Shown: piece by piece, positions 35,632 to 45,268 of the stretch
How positions within the stretch are numbered: position 1 is the stretch's first letter
Layout of the letters: each line of letters opens with the position of its first letter
Assembly: GCA_964485815.1 (NCBI GenBank)
Contig: CAZAJX010000002.1
Coordinates: 3,659-67,658 of the forward strand
DNA: 64,000 nucleotides
Source: an uncultured Oscillospiraceae bacterium
GTDB lineage: Bacteria; Bacillota; Clostridia; Oscillospirales; CAG-382
Direction: 5' to 3'
Position numbers and translations under genes: made by a program
The notes under the pieces: generated by a model
Seen by the model: the letters and a program-made list of their open reading frames with translations, nothing else
Told to the model about the DNA's origin: nothing
Databases searched by the model: none

Positions 35632-36756
35632 ATGAAGTTCGTTTACGAAAATGCAGTTAGTATCGTAAAAGAACAGCCCGGTATGATAGCCATGTGGGTG
35701 ATTGGCGGTTTCTTGATCTTCCTCGCTATCAAGTTTGATATGGAGCCTACCCTGCTTCTTCCCATGGGCTTTGGAGCTATATTGGTTAACCTGCCCATCG
35801 CAGGAGCACCTGAAGTTATTGAGATGCTTTACGGCGCAACCATTGAAAACGAATTATTGCCCTTGCTTCTGTTTATCGGTATCGGTGCAATGATCGACTT
35901 TGGTCCTTTGCTTTCCAATCCCAAGCTTATGCTGTTCGGCGCATCCGCACAGTTCGGTATATTTATAACCCTTTTCCTTGCTGCTCTGCTCGGCGACCTC
36001 GGTCTGTTTGGCGAAGGATTCCTTATCACCGATGCTGCTTCTATCGCAATTATCGGTGCTGCTGACGGTCCTACCAGTATTTTCGTTGCAGGTCAGTTCG
36101 GAACCAAGTATATCGGCGCTATCATAGTTGCTGCATACTCCTATATGGCTCTCGTCCCTATCGTTCAGCCTCCCGTTATCAAGCTTCTCACCACCAAGAA
36201 GGAAAGACTTATACGTATGGAATACTCCCCCAAAGGTGTTTCCAGAAAGACTCGTATTCTCTTCCCCATCATCGTAACTATAGTTGTTGGTCTTATCGCT
36301 CCCGAGTGTGTTTCCCTCATAGGCTTCCTTATGTTCGGTAACCTTATCCGTGAGTGCGGCAGACTTGATTCTCTTTCTGATACCGCACAGAAGGTGCTTG
36401 CAAACCTGGTAACTCTGCTTCTCGGTATTACCGTTGCATTCACTATGAAGGCATCTGACTTCCTCCGTTGGGATACTCTTATCGTTATCGGTCTTGGTCT
36501 GTTTGCGTTTATCTTTGATACCGCAGGCGGCGTATTGTTCGCTAAGTTCCTCAACCTCTTCACCAAGAAGAAGGTTAACCCCATGATCGGTGCTGCAGGT
36601 ATTTCCGCATTCCCTATGTCTGCACGTGTTGTTCACAAGCTCGGTCTTAAAGAAGATCCTCATAACTTCCTGCTTATGCACTCTATCGGTGTTAACGTTT
36701 CCGGTCAGGTTGCATCCGTTATCGCAGGCGGTATTATACTCAGCATTTTAGGTTAA
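35632..36756 (+). CDS. Sodium ion-translocating decarboxylase beta subunit (OadB/GcdB/MmdB family)
   Basis: Polytopic, with family blocks EPTLLLPMGFGAILVNLP and AADGPTSIF. The start is uncertain: ATG 35632, or TTG 35611 11 nt after AGGAG. The track start 35494 lies inside the leader. Confidence 0.85.
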   Translation: MKFVYENAVSIVKEQPGMIAMWVIGGFLIFLAIKFDMEPTLLLPMGFGAILVNLPIAGAPEVIEMLYGATIENELLPLLLFIGIGAMIDFGPLLSNPKLMLFGASAQFGIFITLFLAALLGDLGLFGEGFLITDAASIAIIGAADGPTSIFVAGQFGTKYIGAIIVAAYSYMALVPIVQPPVIKLLTTKKERLIRMEYSPKGVSRKTRILFPIIVTIVVGLIAPECVSLIGFLMFGNLIRECGRLDSLSDTAQKVLANLVTLLLGITVAFTMKASDFLRWDTLIVIGLGLFAFIFDTAGGVLFAKFLNLFTKKKVNPMIGAAGISAFPMSARVVHKLGLKEDPHNFLLMHSIGVNVSGQVASVIAGGIILSILG

Positions 36757-36771
36757 AGAGGAGGATTTATA

Positions 36772-37083
36772 ATGAAAAAGATTATTTCTGTTTTACTTAT
36801 TACCGTATTCCTCTTTTCCGTTCTTACCGCAATCAACGTTCCCGTTTTTGCTGAAGGCAGCGCAGACGTTTCTGTGAATGAGGAAAGCGACGTTTTGGTT
36901 GATGAAAACAACAGCGAAGACGTTTCCGTGAACGAAGAAAACGATGAAGAGAAAGGCAAGTTTGATAATACTATGCAGTCCCTCACCATTATGGGATTCG
37001 GTATGGTTGGTATCTTCCTTGTAACCGCAATTATCGTTTGCTTTATGTATCTGCTTACCCTTTTCAAGGATAAGAAAGACTAA
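36772..37083 (+). CDS. Small membrane protein with an OadG-like TM segment at its C-terminus, preceded by a signal-like segment and an acidic repeat
   Basis: SD AGAGGAGG. It has an N-terminal hydrophobic segment, then the DVSVNEESD/DVSVNEEND repeat. The segment MQSLTIMGFGMVGIFLVTAIIVCFMYLL resembles the OAD_gamma TM helix. Confidence 0.55.
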   Translation: MKKIISVLLITVFLFSVLTAINVPVFAEGSADVSVNEESDVLVDENNSEDVSVNEENDEEKGKFDNTMQSLTIMGFGMVGIFLVTAIIVCFMYLLTLFKDKKD

Positions 37084-37088
37084 AACCT

Positions 37089-37126
37089 ATGCCGATACGC
37101 TTTAAAACGTATCGGCATTATTTTTA
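37089..37126 (+). terminator. Rho-independent terminator
   Basis: 11-bp stem ATGCCGATACG/CGTATCGGCAT followed by TATTTTT. Confidence 0.85.
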
Positions 37127-37145
37127 CAAAATTTGCCCATATATC

Positions 37146-37174
37146 TTGAAAAACATAAAAGAATGTGTTAAAAT
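37146..37174 (+). promoter_or_regulatory. Sigma-A type promoter of nagB
   Basis: TTGAAA (37146-37151), 17-nt spacer, TAAAAT (37169-37174), preceded by TGT. Confidence 0.5.
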
Positions 37175-37215
37175 CCAATTTGTAAATTCAAACATAAACG
37201 GAGGAAACTTTTGTT

Positions 37216-37938
37216 ATGAAAATTATTGTTTGCGAAAACTACGAAGAAATGTCCAAAGCGGGCGCAGAGATAATCGCTGAAACCATAAAGGCTAACCCTT
37301 CCTGCGTACTCGGTCTTGCTACCGGTTCTACTCCCGTAGGTATGTACAAGTGCCTTTCCGCTATGAACAAAGCAGGTGAGATCACCTTTAAGGACGTTAC
37401 TTCTTATAACCTTGATGAATATTATCCCCTCGCTCCCGATCACGATCAGAGCTACCGTTACTTTATGAACCACAATCTGTTCGATCACATAGATATCGAC
37501 AAGGCTAACACCAACGTACCCAACGGTCTTGCGGAAGATCCCGCAGCTATGGGTAAGGCTTATGACGAAGCTATCAAGGCTGCAGGCGGTATCGACCTTC
37601 AGGTTCTCGGCCTCGGCCCCAACGGTCACATCGCTTTCAACGAGCCCGAAGACGAGCTTTACGTTGGTACTCACCTCACCGGTCTTACCGACAGCACTAT
37701 CGAAGCTAACTCCCGTTTCTTTGCTTCAAAGGCAGACGTTCCCACTCAGGCGGTTACTATGGGTATCGGCTCCATTATGCAGGCAAAGAAGATCATCGTT
37801 CTTGCAAGCGGCAAGGGCAAGCACAACGTTATTGTTAAGATGCAGGATGACCGTATCACCACCCAGTGCCCCGCTACCCTTCTCAAGGTTCACCCTGACG
37901 TTGTTCTTATCTGCGATAAAGACGCTTACAACGGTTAA
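37216..37938 (+). CDS. nagB: Glucosamine-6-phosphate deaminase
   Basis: LGLATGSTPVGMY and GLGPNGHIAFNEP blocks, 240 aa, SD GGAGG. Confidence 0.9.
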   Translation: MKIIVCENYEEMSKAGAEIIAETIKANPSCVLGLATGSTPVGMYKCLSAMNKAGEITFKDVTSYNLDEYYPLAPDHDQSYRYFMNHNLFDHIDIDKANTNVPNGLAEDPAAMGKAYDEAIKAAGGIDLQVLGLGPNGHIAFNEPEDELYVGTHLTGLTDSTIEANSRFFASKADVPTQAVTMGIGSIMQAKKIIVLASGKGKHNVIVKMQDDRITTQCPATLLKVHPDVVLICDKDAYNG

Positions 37939-37953
37939 TTACTTAAAATTCAA

Positions 37954-37992
37954 AATAGCCTATGAATTTTTACGATTCATAGGCTATTTATA
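37954..37992. terminator. Bidirectional terminator (nagB and the convergent small ORF)
   Basis: 14-bp stem AATAGCCTATGAAT/ATTCATAGGCTATT (37954-37967/37975-37988). Confidence 0.8.
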
Positions 37993-38160
37993 TTATCTCA
38001 AAACAGAATATCCTGTAGAGCCGGATACGTTGCCTACGTTACTGTCAGTAGAACCGCCGTTCCAATCCGCAGCAAAGACAGGAGCAAGCTCCGGGACCAA
38101 CAAGGTAGACACTAAAAGAAGTGAAACAACAAAACGAAAGCCTTTTCTTATTCGTTTCAT
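37993..38160 (-). CDS. 55-aa secreted small protein (predicted 25-aa mature peptide), not in the ORF track
   Basis: Hand translation: MKRIRKGFRFVVSLLLVSTLLVPELAPVFA/ADWNGGSTDSNVGNVSGSTGYSVLR. It has a classic n-h-c signal peptide, starts 15 nt after the upstream lipoprotein stop, and the terminator follows directly. Confidence 0.5.
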   Translation of the reverse strand: MKRIRKGFRFVVSLLLVSTLLVPELAPVFAADWNGGSTDSNVGNVSGSTGYSVLR

Positions 38161-38175
38161 CTGTTATACACCGCC

Positions 38176-39153
38176 TTATTCATCACAAGTATGACATTCA
38201 AGCGCTTTGCAAAATTCACCGCATTTAGGACAATTGGTGTCTTGCAGAAAACGAACACAAGTGCCGTTTTCTCCTTGGCCGCCTTTACGTTTGCCGCAAT
38301 GAGAACAGTACTGGCTGATATAAAAATCATATACCCTTTCTGCAGTATATATTCTTTTGGTGGTCGAGCACACGAAAGTGCCATCACCCCTGGCGGTAAA
38401 TGTGCGAGTGTTTGTAAGTTCGAGCACTATAGTCTCGCCGGCCGCCATGTCTTCGAGGTCTTTTAAAGTCAGAGCTTTAACAGCCTCTTCATAAGAGTCT
38501 ACCGACTCCTGCTTGCCGTTGATGACAATATCCACAGGCGTATCACCGGTTACCACTTCTTTTTCGTCACCGCAATGCTTGCACTTTCCGTTTTCATAGG
38601 AATGTGCGGTAACGCTGCCTGCCGTCTGACCGCAGGTTTTACACGTCTGGGGAGCAAGACAAGTCGCAGACGCCCAATCGTGGTCGTTTGCTTCGCCTTC
38701 AATTGCTCCACAATCCTTACAGGTCTTAGGAGCCGTGCAGGTTGCGTTCTTCCACGTGTGCGTGTGGGTAGGCTTAGCATCTTCTGCCTTTGAGGTTTCT
38801 TCGTTTTTGGAAGTCTCCTCTACCTTGCTCTCCTCCGCAGGCTTACTTACCTCGTCGGGCCGAGAAGCCTCTTCCTTGGAAGTCTCATTAGGCTTAGGTG
38901 TGGTGCTGTTGTCCTGCTCTTTCGAAACCTCATCGGAAGGTTCGTCAGAAAGCTCATCGGAAGGTTCGTCAGAACTGTCGCTTTCCTCGGAGGTGTCCTT
39001 CGAAGCATCGGAAGTGTCCGCTGACGCATCCGCTTCCGCAGAAGTCTCGGAAGTATCCGATACTTCATCTTCGTCTAAGTTAGTACAGCTAACGAATATG
39101 AATGCAGTGAGCGTGAAAGTAAAAATAAAAAAAAGGGAAACAAATTTATTCAT
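38176..39153 (-). CDS. Lipoprotein with a long acidic low-complexity linker, H-x-W-x4-C-x5-C-x2-CG repeats and a Cys-rich C-terminal module
   Basis: SD AGGAG. The signal peptide ends FVS-C. The S/E/D-rich region covers residues ~26-128. Repeats HTWKNATCTAPKTCKDCG, HDWASATCLAPQTCKTCG and HSYENGKCKHCG follow. The C-terminus reads CSHCG...C...CPKCG..C..C..C. Confidence 0.7.
   Translation of the reverse strand: MNKFVSLFFIFTFTLTAFIFVSCTNLDEDEVSDTSETSAEADASADTSDASKDTSEESDSSDEPSDELSDEPSDEVSKEQDNSTTPKPNETSKEEASRPDEVSKPAEESKVEETSKNEETSKAEDAKPTHTHTWKNATCTAPKTCKDCGAIEGEANDHDWASATCLAPQTCKTCGQTAGSVTAHSYENGKCKHCGDEKEVVTGDTPVDIVINGKQESVDSYEEAVKALTLKDLEDMAAGETIVLELTNTRTFTARGDGTFVCSTTKRIYTAERVYDFYISQYCSHCGKRKGGQGENGTCVRFLQDTNCPKCGEFCKALECHTCDE
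38929..38974. repeat. Tandem 24-bp in-frame repeat inside the lipoprotein acidic linker
   Basis: CTCATCGGAAGGTTCGTCAGAA occurs at 38929-38950 and 38953-38974. It encodes SDEPSDEL/SDEPSDEV on the minus strand. Confidence 0.8.
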
Positions 39154-39199
39154 ATAAACTCCTGTCCATAGCGCTTATAAAATATACTTGTATTTCATA

Positions 39200-39667
39200 T
39201 TACAACTTTTTCTCCATTATTTGCTTTTGAGTGGTCATACCGCATTTTTGGTAAAAGCCGGTGGCGCTGCCGTCAAAATTCCAGACGTTGAGTTCAAAGG
39301 AATCACAACCCAGATCTTTTGCATAAGCGAACAGATATTCCATAAATCCGTTTCCTGCGCCTTTTCCGCGGGTGGCGGGAAGAACATACAGATCGTCAAG
39401 ATAAAATATTTTGCGGTCTTTTAAAACCGGATCGTTTTTGATCTTGTTATAATAACAAATTGCATAGCCGAGTTTTTCTCCCTGTTCTTCCGCGACAAAG
39501 ATATGTATATCTTTTTCATCCAGCATTTTTTCTATATCAAGGGCTGTATATTTTCCGCCGCAATTTTTAAATATGTCTTCCCTGCCTCTCGCGTGGAGAG
39601 AAAGGATATCTTTTAAACATTCGGCGATAAACAAGCTATCGGATTTAAGCGCTTTTCTATATAACAT
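39200..39667 (-). CDS. GNAT family N-acetyltransferase
   Basis: LYVLPATRGKGAGNGFMEYLFAYAK block. AAGAGG lies 9 nt before ATG 39667, so the track start 39691 was trimmed. Confidence 0.8.
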   Translation of the reverse strand: MLYRKALKSDSLFIAECLKDILSLHARGREDIFKNCGGKYTALDIEKMLDEKDIHIFVAEEQGEKLGYAICYYNKIKNDPVLKDRKIFYLDDLYVLPATRGKGAGNGFMEYLFAYAKDLGCDSFELNVWNFDGSATGFYQKCGMTTQKQIMEKKL

Positions 39668-39691
39668 TTCACAAGACCTCTTTTCGTACAC

Positions 39692-39720
39692 ATTATAACA
39701 CTTAAATTTGTTATTGACAA
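39692..39720 (-). promoter_or_regulatory. Sigma-A type promoter of the GNAT gene
   Basis: Minus strand: TTGTCA (39720-39715), 17-nt spacer, TATAAT (39697-39692). Confidence 0.5.
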
Positions 39721-39742
39721 CCCCCGAAAAAGGATATAAAAT
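39714..39742 (+). promoter_or_regulatory. Divergent sigma-A type promoter of the GH2 gene, with its -35 overlapping the opposing -35
   Basis: TTGACA (39714-39719), 17-nt spacer, TAAAAT (39737-39742). Confidence 0.5.
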
Positions 39743-39771
39743 AAAAACAACAAATAAAGGAGTAATGTTTT

Positions 39772-41460
39772 ATGGTTATTAACAAGATACCCAGAGCAGA
39801 GCATCCCAACCCTATGTGCGTAAGAGATAGCTGGCACAACCTTAACGGTGTTTGGGAATGTGCGATAGATAATGAAAAAACGCTTGATAAAAACAGCGTT
39901 TTTTCTCTTAAAATAAATGTTCCCTTTGCGCCGGAGAGCTCGCTTTCGGGAATCGGAATTACGGATTTTATAAAAAGAATATGGTACCGCCGCACGCTTA
40001 ATATAAATCTTGACCACAATATGCGTTCACTTTTACATTTCGGTGCGTGTGATTACGAAACTACGGTATGGATCAACGATACACAGCTTGAAAAGCACTA
40101 TGGCGGACAATCCTCCTTTACATACGATATAACCGAATATTTAAAGGAGGGAGAAAACGTTATTACTGTCTGTGCGGACGATGATACCTGCTCACCCTAC
40201 CAGCCCAGCGGAAAGCAATCTATGAAGCCCGAATCCCACGGTTGTTATTATACCCGCACCACGGGTATATGGCAGACGGTATGGATGGAGTTTGTTCCCG
40301 AAAAATACCTTCATTCCTTTAAGTTTTATCCCGATGCGGCTAACGGAAAAGTGCGCGTTGAGGTGGTAGCCGATGATGAAGTTGAGGTTAAACTTTATTG
40401 GCACGGAAGACTTTGCGGTTACGGCAAAGGAAAAGACGTTTTTGAAATCACCTTAACCGAGGTTCACTTTTGGGAGATCGGTAAAGGCGGAGTTTATTAC
40501 GCTACCATAAGATGCGGTAAAGACAAGGTGCTTTCTTATTTCGGCATCCGCAGTACCGAATTCAGGGACGGAAAGTATCTGTTCAACGGCGAGAGCGTAT
40601 TCCAGCGTCTTGTGCTTGACCAAGGCTTTTATCCCGACGGAATATACACCGCCCCCACCCGCGAGGCTTTGGAAAATGATATACTGATATCCAAAAAATG
40701 CGGTTTTAACGGCGCAAGATTGCACCAAAAGGTGTTTGAGCCCTTATTCCTCTATATCTGCGATATGCAGGGATATATCGTCTGGGGAGAATATCCCAGC
40801 TGGGGCATAAGCATTGCCGACGATAAAGGAAAAGATATTCTGATCAATGAATGGAAGCAGATCATTGACAGAGATTTTAACCATCCTTCCATTATCGGCT
40901 GGTGTCCTCTTAACGAAACTATGTATGATCCGATGAATGATCAGAACGCAGGAGAAAAGCAAGGGGACAACACAAAGGAAGTATACCATTTTACCAAGGA
41001 ATATGACCCTACCCGTCCCTGCATAGACGCCAGCGGCGGAATACATTACGAAACCGATTGCTACGATCTTCACGATTACGAGCAGAATCCCGAGGTATAT
41101 GGCGAAAGATACGATGCGTTCGCTGAAAACGCTCCTCTTTACGACGTTTATGCCGGCAGGCAAAATTATGACGGTACGCTTCCCGTGTTTATGAGCGAAT
41201 ACGGCGGAACTGCTGTTAATCCTGAAGAGGGTGCATGGGGATACGGTAACTGTGCAGGCAGTGACGCAGAGCTTGTTGAACGCTTTTCCGCGCTTACCGA
41301 CGTGCTGATGCGTAACAAGCGCATTTGCGGTCTTTGCTATACACAGCTTTATGACATTGAGCAGGAGCGCAACGGGCTTTATACCTATGACAGACGGCCC
41401 AAAGCCGATCCCGAATTGTTTAAAAACGCTTTAAACAAAAAGGCGGCAATAGAAGAATAA
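39772..41460 (+). CDS. Glycoside hydrolase family 2 enzyme (beta-galactosidase/beta-glucuronidase-like), cytoplasmic
   Basis: GH2 sugar-binding N-domain character, acid/base block WCPLNETM, nucleophile block FMSEYGG, no signal peptide, SD AAGGAG. Confidence 0.8.
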   Translation: MVINKIPRAEHPNPMCVRDSWHNLNGVWECAIDNEKTLDKNSVFSLKINVPFAPESSLSGIGITDFIKRIWYRRTLNINLDHNMRSLLHFGACDYETTVWINDTQLEKHYGGQSSFTYDITEYLKEGENVITVCADDDTCSPYQPSGKQSMKPESHGCYYTRTTGIWQTVWMEFVPEKYLHSFKFYPDAANGKVRVEVVADDEVEVKLYWHGRLCGYGKGKDVFEITLTEVHFWEIGKGGVYYATIRCGKDKVLSYFGIRSTEFRDGKYLFNGESVFQRLVLDQGFYPDGIYTAPTREALENDILISKKCGFNGARLHQKVFEPLFLYICDMQGYIVWGEYPSWGISIADDKGKDILINEWKQIIDRDFNHPSIIGWCPLNETMYDPMNDQNAGEKQGDNTKEVYHFTKEYDPTRPCIDASGGIHYETDCYDLHDYEQNPEVYGERYDAFAENAPLYDVYAGRQNYDGTLPVFMSEYGGTAVNPEEGAWGYGNCAGSDAELVERFSALTDVLMRNKRICGLCYTQLYDIEQERNGLYTYDRRPKADPELFKNALNKKAAIEE

Positions 41461-41465
41461 CAAAA

Positions 41466-41507
41466 AGAAAGAGAGAAAACGCGATGTTTTCTCTCTATTT
41501 TTATTTT
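41466..41507. terminator. Bidirectional terminator (GH2 and glyA)
   Basis: 11-bp stem AGAGAGAAAAC/GTTTTCTCTCT (41470-41480/41486-41496), with an A-run before and a T-run after. Confidence 0.85.
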
Positions 41508-41514
41508 GAATAAA

Positions 41515-42759
41515 TTACTGCTGATTCTGTGCCATAAGGTCTTTTATAGCTTCGTCAATTCTGTGAGCAACCTTTACGAAATCTTCTGCGGTAAAGCCGC
41601 GGGTGGTTTCGGGAGCAGTACCGATACGTATACCGCTGGTTTCATAAGCGGAACGCTTTTCACCGGGAACACAGTTACGGTTAAGGATTATACCGCGTCT
41701 TTCAAGCTCGTTCTGAACAGCAAGACCGGATACGTTGTTGGGAGTAAGGTCAACGAGGAACAAATGGTTATCAGTTCCGCCGGTAACTACCTTGTAACCC
41801 ATCTTGATAAACTCATCGCACATTGCTTTGCAGTTTGAAACTACGTTTTCGATATAGGTCTTATATTCGGGCTTAAGACATTCGACAGCGCTTACAGCCT
41901 TACCTGCGATAACGTGCTGCAAAGGACCGCCCTGAGTGCCTGGGAATGCCGCGCTGTCGATCTTCTTCGCATATTCTTTCTTAGCAAAGGTAAGACCGCC
42001 GCGTGCGCCGCGAAGAGTTTTATGGGTAGTAAGAGTAACAACGTCGCAAACACCGAAGGGTGTGGGATGCACACCTGCAACGACAAGACCTGCGATATGA
42101 GCAATATCCGCCATAAAGAATACGGGGTTGCCGGTTTCTGCGGTATATTCATCAATAATGCTTCTGATACGTGCAAAATCAATAATACGGGAATAAGAGC
42201 TTGCACCTGCAACGACCAGCTTGGGATTGTGCTGACGAAGCTTTGCGGCGATATCTTCATACATAATGAAGCCGTTTTCATCAACCTCGTAATGAACGAA
42301 GTTATAAAGCTTGCCGCTGTTGTTTACGGGAGAGCCGTGGGTAAGATGTCCGCCGTTGGCGAGGGACATACTGAGAACGGTATCACCTTTGGTAAGAAAT
42401 GCGGTATATGCGGTAAAGTTTGCCTGAGAGCCGCTGTGGGGTTGTACGTTAACGTGATAAGTATCGGTTACACCGAATACCTCGAGCCACTTTTCACGGC
42501 AGAAAAGCTCCATTTCGTCTACTACGGTGCAACCGCTGTAGTAACGCTTGCCAACCATTCCCTCGGAATATTTGTTGGTAAGGCAGCTTCCGGTCGCAGC
42601 CATAACAGCCGCGCTGGTAAAGTTTTCACTGGCGATAAGACAAACGTTATCGCGCTGACGCTCAAGCTCTTTATTTATGATTGCGGCAACCTCGGGAGAG
42701 GAAGCGGCAACAGTTTCGGTTACGCTTGAAAGATAATTAAGATCGGTTTTGCTATACAT
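41515..42759 (-). CDS. glyA: Serine hydroxymethyltransferase
   Basis: PLP-lysine block TTHKTLRGARGG, 414 aa. Confidence 0.95.
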   Translation of the reverse strand: MYSKTDLNYLSSVTETVAASSPEVAAIINKELERQRDNVCLIASENFTSAAVMAATGSCLTNKYSEGMVGKRYYSGCTVVDEMELFCREKWLEVFGVTDTYHVNVQPHSGSQANFTAYTAFLTKGDTVLSMSLANGGHLTHGSPVNNSGKLYNFVHYEVDENGFIMYEDIAAKLRQHNPKLVVAGASSYSRIIDFARIRSIIDEYTAETGNPVFFMADIAHIAGLVVAGVHPTPFGVCDVVTLTTHKTLRGARGGLTFAKKEYAKKIDSAAFPGTQGGPLQHVIAGKAVSAVECLKPEYKTYIENVVSNCKAMCDEFIKMGYKVVTGGTDNHLFLVDLTPNNVSGLAVQNELERRGIILNRNCVPGEKRSAYETSGIRIGTAPETTRGFTAEDFVKVAHRIDEAIKDLMAQNQQ

Positions 42760-42785
42760 TTTAACCTCCGTGGGAAAAGAGAAAC

Positions 42786-44291
<1,506 letters not shown>

Positions 44292-44417
44292 TTAATTAAA
44301 AACTACGTTGAAAATCTACCGAATTAAACAAAAATCGATAAATGCTTGTATTTGATATATAATAACATAAGAGGATACTTCAAGTCAATGAAAAAATTAC
44401 ACAAATAAGGAGAAAAA

Positions 44418-45224
44418 ATGAATGGTTTTATAAGACGAATAAACCATTTTGTGTCCCGCGTGGGAAAACACAACTTGTCTGCCTATGCGGCACAAACTGC
44501 GTTTTTCGTACTGCTTGCGTTTTTCCCCTTCAGTATGCTCGTACTGGAAGCACTTAAATATCTCCCATTTTCCAAAGAAGAGTTTTTATCTTTAATACTC
44601 ACGATAACACCGTCATCTTTGGGAGATACGGTAGAAAATATTATAAACGAGCTTTATGCAAGACAAAACAGGCTTATTCCTATTACTGCTATTGCGGCTT
44701 TGTGGTCTTCGTCAAAAGGGATTTATTCGCTTATGCGCGGATTAAACGAGGTTTACGGCTGTACCGAAAAAAGAAGCTATATTAAAAGACGGTGTTATGC
44801 GGTTTTTTATACGATAGTATTTATTACTGCACTCGTGTTCACGATCGGTCTTATGCTGTTGGGAGAATGGTTTATTGAAGAAATCGTTGTTAAATTTGGT
44901 TTTAAGGCGTTGCTTATCGGAGTGAAAATGATAACCCAGGCTGCCGTGCTTTCCGTTTTGTTTTCGGTTATCTATTACTACTTCCCTGCTGAAAAAGTTT
45001 CACTCGCTTCCCACCTGCCCGGTGCTGTACTGTCTGCCTGCGGATGGGTAATCTTTACCGAGCTTTATTCCATATACGTTTCGATTTCGAATACAGATAT
45101 TTACGGCTCGTTAAGCGCAGTGATGCTGACAATGCTGTGGTTGTATATCTGTATGTATATAATACTTTTGGGCGGAGAAATCAACGTGACTCTCGAAAGA
45201 ATCCGCCGTGAGGATAAAACTTGA
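44418..45224 (+). CDS. YihY/BrkB (virulence factor BrkB / ribonuclease BN-like) family membrane protein
   Basis: YAAQTAFFVLLAFFPF block, ~6 TM segments, SD AAGGAG. Confidence 0.8.
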   Translation: MNGFIRRINHFVSRVGKHNLSAYAAQTAFFVLLAFFPFSMLVLEALKYLPFSKEEFLSLILTITPSSLGDTVENIINELYARQNRLIPITAIAALWSSSKGIYSLMRGLNEVYGCTEKRSYIKRRCYAVFYTIVFITALVFTIGLMLLGEWFIEEIVVKFGFKALLIGVKMITQAAVLSVLFSVIYYYFPAEKVSLASHLPGAVLSACGWVIFTELYSIYVSISNTDIYGSLSAVMLTMLWLYICMYIILLGGEINVTLERIRREDKT

Positions 45225-45268
45225 CAATATCGGCAGTTATGTTATAATCGAAGCAAACGGAGGTCATT

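Noticed and set aside
37089-37280. 63-aa plus-strand ORF spanning the spacer upstream of nagB
   Set aside because: It starts inside a terminator hairpin, runs through the nagB promoter and SD, and overlaps the nagB start out of frame. It has no SD.
37529-38194. 221-aa plus-strand ORF overlapping the nagB 3' half and the following spacer
   Set aside because: It is an alternative frame of nagB with Ser/Leu/Arg-rich composition. It reads through a strong bidirectional terminator and the convergent small ORF, and it has no start signals.
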